A stretch of DNA of 64,000 nucleotides from Candidatus Latescibacterota bacterium (lineage in GTDB: Bacteria; Latescibacterota; UBA2968; GCA-2709665). The DNA lies in NCBI GenBank assembly GCA_965237675.1, contig OZ250150.1:3040001-3104000 (forward strand), given 5' to 3'. Position numbers and translations under genes: made by a program. The notes under the pieces were generated by a model. The model had not been told where the DNA came from. It searched no databases and saw only the letters and a list, made by a program, of their open reading frames with translations. Position 1 is the first letter of the stretch. Every line of letters begins with the position of its first letter. This document shows positions 59,359 to 64,000 of the stretch, one piece after another.

Positions 59359-59712
59359 TTACAGGTGTTGACGGGCTTGTTCCGCCAGGGCTGAGAATGC
59401 CGCTGCATCGGTAACGGCCAGGTTGGCCAGAACTTTCCTGTCAACGGAAATATCGGCCTGTTTCAGCCCGTTGATCAGGTTGCTGTAGGAAAGCCCGTTG
59501 AGCCGGGCCGCGGCGTTGATTCGAACGATCCAGAGAGAGCGGAAACTCCTCTTTTTTTGACGACGGTCCCTATATGCGTAGGAAAGTGCCCGATTGACTG
59601 TGTCGTCCGCGGTGCGGTACAGCTTGCTCCGACCGCCCCGGTACCCGCGCGCGGCTTTAAGCACCTTTTTCCGCCTGCGTCGCGAAGCCACACTATTCGT
59701 TGATCTGGACAT
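59359..59712 (-). CDS. rplT: 50S ribosomal protein L20
   Basis: [24 protein letters not shown]. Confidence 0.97.
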   Translation of the reverse strand: MSRSTNSVASRRRRKKVLKAARGYRGGRSKLYRTADDTVNRALSYAYRDRRQKKRSFRSLWIVRINAAARLNGLSYSNLINGLKQADISVDRKVLANLAVTDAAAFSALAEQARQHL

Positions 59713-59843
59713 GCCGATGGTCTCCTGGTAGCGCTTGGCCGTGTTAAAGGCAGGTGTTGCCGCCGGTCCGCCACGGCCTTCTATTGACGAACCCCTGTCC
59801 GATCACGGGAAGGGAACTTCCGGGTTGACGGCGTAACAGCCCG

Positions 59844-60038
59844 TCAGTTCGGAAGCAGGCGCTCTACGCGGTTCTGGTCGGATTTGTGTACTGCGGCGGG
59901 TTTGCGCAGATGCATCTTGCGTTTACTGCTCTTGCTTGTCAGGTTATGGGTAGCCGTTGATTTCCCGCGTCCGATCACGCCGGATTTCCGGCGTTTGAAC
60001 CGTTTCGCGGCCCCGCGGTGAGTTTTCATTTTGGGCAC
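59844..60038 (-). CDS. rpmI: 50S ribosomal protein L35
   Basis: PKMKTHRGAAKRF. Confidence 0.95.
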   Translation of the reverse strand: MPKMKTHRGAAKRFKRRKSGVIGRGKSTATHNLTSKSSKRKMHLRKPAAVHKSDQNRVERLLPN

Positions 60039-60180
60039 GTTGAACCCCTCGGCAAAGCCCGTTTTCGCCATCCGAATGGAAATGGCAAACGGGCAACCTG
60101 GAGCGGGGAAAACGGCGAGATCCGAATTTTCCTGCCTCCTGTGTTCCTGCTCCGGGCGGTGCTGGCGTTATTGGTGGATG

Positions 60181-60717
60181 TTATTTCGGAGCGATGATGA
60201 TAAGAATGTTTCGGCCTTCGTCCTTGATTGGCAATTCGGCCATGCCGGTGTCCTGCAGGTCTTCCACCGCGCGTTCAAGAAGCACCCTGCCCTGTGCGCG
60301 GTACATATTCTGACGACCGCGAAATTCCACGGAAATTCTGACCTTGTGGCGGTGCTTCAAAAAATTCTCGGCATGGCGGATCTTGAATTCGTAATCGTGA
60401 TCGCTGATTCTGGGACCCAGTCGAATCTCTTTCAGTTGTGACCCGCTTTTTTTGCCCTTTTTCTGCTTTTTGCTCTGCTCATATCGGTACTTGCCGTAAT
60501 TCATGATTCGGCATACCGGAGGCCGGGCGTTGGGAGCAACTTCGACCAGGTCGAGCTCGGCCTCCATTGCCATTTCAATTGCCTTCCTGGTTTCAACGAT
60601 ACCGACCTGTTCGCCCTCGTTGTCGACGAGGCGAATCTGCGGAATGCGGATCTGCTCGTTTATACGAGGTGCTCTCTCCTGCTTTCGATCACGAAGACCT
60701 CTTGGACCTCTGTTGAT
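60181..60717 (-). CDS. infC: translation initiation factor IF-3 (probable ATC start)
   Basis: RINEQIR, DLVEVAPNARPPVCRIMNYGKY; GGAGGT 7 nt before the ATC at 60717. Confidence 0.93.
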   Translation of the reverse strand: MNRGPRGLRDRKQERAPRINEQIRIPQIRLVDNEGEQVGIVETRKAIEMAMEAELDLVEVAPNARPPVCRIMNYGKYRYEQSKKQKKGKKSGSQLKEIRLGPRISDHDYEFKIRHAENFLKHRHKVRISVEFRGRQNMYRAQGRVLLERAVEDLQDTGMAELPIKDEGRNILIIIAPK

Positions 60718-60776
60718 ACCGATCACCTCCGAATTTGATCCGGGCCGTTGTCGGCCAAGTTGGAAAATAGAGGGGG

Positions 60777-62714
60777 TTACGCGGCGCTTTTCGTCTCGAC
60801 TTCCTTCTGCATCCTGGCAATCAGGTCGATCGTGGACATGCTGCCCAGGTCACCGGCGCCATGCCTGCGAACCGAGATGGATTGTGCGTCGAGTTCCTGT
60901 TTGCCCACAATGACCATGTATGGAATCTTCTGAACTTCCGCCTCGCGAATCTTGAAACCGAGTTTGGCGTCCTGGGGGTCGATTTCGGCGCGGAGCCCCG
61001 CGCCGTTCAGATGGCCGGCAACCTTTCTGGCATAGTCGGCAAAGGGATCGGAAACCGGAAGCACGACAGCCTGCACCGGTGCCAGCCAGAGCGGGAAGTT
61101 TCCCGCGTAGTGTTCGATCAGGAGGCCGAAGAACCGCTCCACGGCACCCAGGAGGGCGCGATGCACCATGTAGGGCCGGTGGAATTTTCCGTCGGGTCCG
61201 ACAAAGCTCAGGTCGAAGCGTTCCGGAAGGTTGAAGTCGAACTGGATGGTGGTGCACTGCCATTCCCTGTTTAAGGCATCGTTGATGGTCACGTCGATCT
61301 TCGGCCCGTAGAAAGCGCCGGCGCCCTCGTCGATCCGGTAGGGCAACTTTTGCCTGTCAACTGCCCGCTTGAGAGCGTCGGTGGCTCTTTCCCAGTCGGC
61401 CGGATCCCCAACGGCCTTTCCGGGCCGGGTGGAGATGTAGACGTTGAAGTCTTCAAAACCGAAAGACTTCAGGATGAAAAGCGTGAAGTCGATAACCCGG
61501 GCGACTTCGTCCTCCACCTGATTCGGACGACAGAAGATATGGGCGTCGTCCTGTGTGAATCCGCGCACCCGTAACAACCCGTGCAGTGTGCCTGCCATTT
61601 CGTAGCGATAGACGGTTCCCAGTTCGGCCCAGCGAAACGGAAGCTCCCGATAGCTGCGCCTCCGGGATTTGTAGATGAGGCTGTGGAAGGGACAATTCAT
61701 CGGTTTGGCAAAATACGCCTGGCCGTCGATGTCCATGGGGGGATACATGTTCTCTTGAAAGAAATCCAGGTGTCCGCTGGTTTCCCAGAGTCGGGATCGG
61801 CCGATATGGGGCGAACCGACCAGGTCGTAGCCGCCGCCATAGTGCGCTTCGCGCCAGAAGTCTTCTATCTGATTCCGGATTCGGGCGCCTTTGGGGTGCC
61901 AGAGGACGAGCCCCGGCCCCGCGGTATCGTTGATCGAGAAAAGGTCGAGCCGCTTGCCCAGGGCGCGGTGGTCACGATTCCTGGCTTCTTCGAGGTACTC
62001 GAGATAGGCGTTGAGGTCTTTCTGACCCGGAAAGGAGATGCCGTAGATGCGCTGGAGCATCACGTTGTTTTCGTCTCCCCGCCAATATGCGCCCGAAGAA
62101 TTCAGCAGTTTGACCGCCTTGATGCGACCGGTGTCCGGAACATGCGGCCCGCGGCAGAGGTCCAGCCATTTGTCTGCATTCTTGTAAATGCTGATGGTTT
62201 CACCGGGTTCGATTTCCTTCAGGATTTCAAGTTTGTAGATTTCGCCCCGTTCTCTGAAGAGATCGATCGCGGCTTCTCTGGTGATCTCCTGGCGCTCAAA
62301 GGGCTGCGCTTCCGCAATGAGTTCCCTCATGCGAACTTCGATTCGGTGCAATTCGTCCGGCGTGAACGGTTTGTCCCGATCGAAGTCGTAGTAAAAGCCA
62401 TTCTCGATGGGCGGGCCAAGCGTGACTTTGACGTCGGGAAACAGATCCTGTACCGCTTGCGCCATGATATGTGCGGTGCTGTGCCAATACACTTCTTTGC
62501 CGGCATCGTTGGAGAACGTGAGGATTTCCAGTTCGACGCTGTCCTCCAGAGCACAGGTGAGATCTACGGACCGGCCGTCGACTTTACCGGCCAGTGCCGC
62601 CCGGGCCAGGCCGGAGCCGATGGATTCGGCCACCTGCAGGATGGTGACGCCCGACAAAAAGTCTTTTCGGGAGCCATCGGGTAGGGTGACCGTTATGTTC
62701 TCGCTTTCAGGCAT
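60777..62714 (-). CDS. thrS: threonine--tRNA ligase
   Basis: WHSTAHIMA, DLCRGPH, KPMNCP and AFYGPKID. Confidence 0.97.
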   Translation of the reverse strand: MPESENITVTLPDGSRKDFLSGVTILQVAESIGSGLARAALAGKVDGRSVDLTCALEDSVELEILTFSNDAGKEVYWHSTAHIMAQAVQDLFPDVKVTLGPPIENGFYYDFDRDKPFTPDELHRIEVRMRELIAEAQPFERQEITREAAIDLFRERGEIYKLEILKEIEPGETISIYKNADKWLDLCRGPHVPDTGRIKAVKLLNSSGAYWRGDENNVMLQRIYGISFPGQKDLNAYLEYLEEARNRDHRALGKRLDLFSINDTAGPGLVLWHPKGARIRNQIEDFWREAHYGGGYDLVGSPHIGRSRLWETSGHLDFFQENMYPPMDIDGQAYFAKPMNCPFHSLIYKSRRRSYRELPFRWAELGTVYRYEMAGTLHGLLRVRGFTQDDAHIFCRPNQVEDEVARVIDFTLFILKSFGFEDFNVYISTRPGKAVGDPADWERATDALKRAVDRQKLPYRIDEGAGAFYGPKIDVTINDALNREWQCTTIQFDFNLPERFDLSFVGPDGKFHRPYMVHRALLGAVERFFGLLIEHYAGNFPLWLAPVQAVVLPVSDPFADYARKVAGHLNGAGLRAEIDPQDAKLGFKIREAEVQKIPYMVIVGKQELDAQSISVRRHGAGDLGSMSTIDLIARMQKEVETKSAA

Positions 62715-62991
62715 CGTATTTGAAGGTTCCGCAACCAACGCGCCGTATAGGCGGAAACGTCAACAATAATCAATCCATCGAGGTTCGTGATGAATAGGGA
62801 GCGGGATCGCTGCCGTACCTCGACCTGCGTGCCCGTCCGGCGACCCCCTACACGGCCTGCCGCATAATAAAAAAACGCGCGACCTGTCTACTTGCGCGTC
62901 GTATTCAGCAAAGCACCAGGTGACAAACGATCCTTTCCGTTGGCACTCCTCCGCAAGTAGGTTGGCGGGTAGATAATTACGACATCCGATA

Positions 62992-63020
62992 AATTTAATT
63001 TAACCAGTACGGGTTGTCAA
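62992..63020 (-). promoter_or_regulatory. sigma70-type promoter upstream of the thrS leader
   Basis: TTGACA-17 nt-TAAATT. Confidence 0.6.
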
Positions 63021-63070
63021 GGGAAAACTCCCATCCCTGACGCGCAATTTCGCGCAAGGTTTCGGCGTCG

Positions 63071-63856
63071 TTACGGGAGGTTGAGCATCTTGTGAACCCG
63101 ACACGATAGCCGCCACGCGGGGTGGCGTTTGAGGATTTCGAGGGTCTTGCTCAGGTATTCGGGTTTGCTTGACTCGGGTTGGAGGTAGATATACTCTGCA
63201 CGGTTTTCATCCACGATGCCTTCGTGGAAGTTCTTTCCGACCACGTATTTGAGTTCGGTGATGTATTTGAGACCGCATGCGATGGTTTTTTTCTTGGGGG
63301 AAACGGTCCAGTGCTCGATGTGTTCGTAGAGGCCGGGATCCGGATCGATGGCGCCGTTGGTTTCAATGTGGATGCGGTAATTCTCGGACCGGAGTTCCCG
63401 GCAGAGGGGCGCAATGTTCTGGCCAAGGGGTTCGCCGCCCGTCAGGCAGACCCACGAGGCGGTGTGTCGGCTGACTTCGGCCAGAATATCGTCAATATCG
63501 TGTTCGGTGTACGTATCGAATTCGGTGTCGCAGAAAAAGCAGCGCAGGTTGCATTTGGCCAGGCGTACAAAGGTGGTGGGCTGGCCGACGCGCAGACCTT
63601 CCCCTTCGATGGAGTAGAAGATCTCGTTGATCTGCAACGTCTGGCCTTCGCCGCGCCAGAGCGGCATCCGGTCGGCCGGCGCGGGAGGGATGCCTTCAAG
63701 TATGTCTGGATCTCTCGGGGACAAGGCAAACTCCGGGCGTTCTGCGGGGTGGGCTTGTGTCCAGCGAAGAAAAATAATAGAAAACCGGGTGTTTAGACAA
63801 GGAAAATTCTTGACATTGTCCATTGCGCTTTCAATATTGCCGACCATTCGGAGCAT
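63071..63856 (-). CDS. queE: 7-carboxy-7-deazaguanine synthase (radical SAM); true start probably downstream of 63856
   Basis: INEIFYSIEGEG, CNLRCFFCDT, TGGEP, IETNG, TVSPK and YLQP. Confidence 0.9.
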   Translation of the reverse strand: MLRMVGNIESAMDNVKNFPCLNTRFSIIFLRWTQAHPAERPEFALSPRDPDILEGIPPAPADRMPLWRGEGQTLQINEIFYSIEGEGLRVGQPTTFVRLAKCNLRCFFCDTEFDTYTEHDIDDILAEVSRHTASWVCLTGGEPLGQNIAPLCRELRSENYRIHIETNGAIDPDPGLYEHIEHWTVSPKKKTIACGLKYITELKYVVGKNFHEGIVDENRAEYIYLQPESSKPEYLSKTLEILKRHPAWRLSCRVHKMLNLP

Positions 63857-64000
63857 CCACCGTGGGGCGCTCCGTTTTTTTGACGGGATCGGCGGACGTT
63901 CGGGGTTCCAACCGGCGCGTTGATGGTGTTTTCCGGCAGGAATACGGCCAACGGTGTCATTGAAGGGTTGTTCTGTGGCAGACAGGATATACGAAGCAGT

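Noticed and set aside
62865-62990. T-box or tRNA upstream of thrS
   Set aside because: No GGTGGNACCGCG motif and no cloverleaf or TTCGA arm.

Overview
GC-rich (about 60% by eye) diderm bacterial chromosome segment. LptE, DUF1844, a DUF6785-type membrane protein, a heparinase-like protein and the futalosine pathway suggest an FCB-group/Latescibacterota-like organism (inference). 1-18.5 kb is a defence island. It holds an IrrE-type peptidase, a probable selenocysteine AhpD-like gene and a CBASS operon (patatin effector with a frameshift, CD-NTase, E2/SEC-C protein) preceded by an HATPase plus STAS-wHTH pair. It also holds a type I R-M system whose fused hsdM-hsdS gene is split by an IS. The most unusual signal lies between hsdM and hsdR (11.6-15.3 kb). 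It is an array of about 150-bp inverted-repeat-bounded units alternating with seven diverged, largely synonymous copies of the last codons of hsdR (PLNQFAA*). A GxxExxY nuclease-family gene occupies one of those slots. A second repeat family supplies the C-termini or stop codons of three unrelated genes. The rest is mostly housekeeping: a cox-like molybdoenzyme operon, an RND permease, T-box-controlled archaeal-type pheST displaced from the thrS-infC-rpmI-rplT-zapA locus, IS1380, tRNA-Leu(CAG), mqnECA, recN, nadK, xseAB, ymdB, rny and queE. All calls come from motif recognition and manual reading; no database search or folding program was run.
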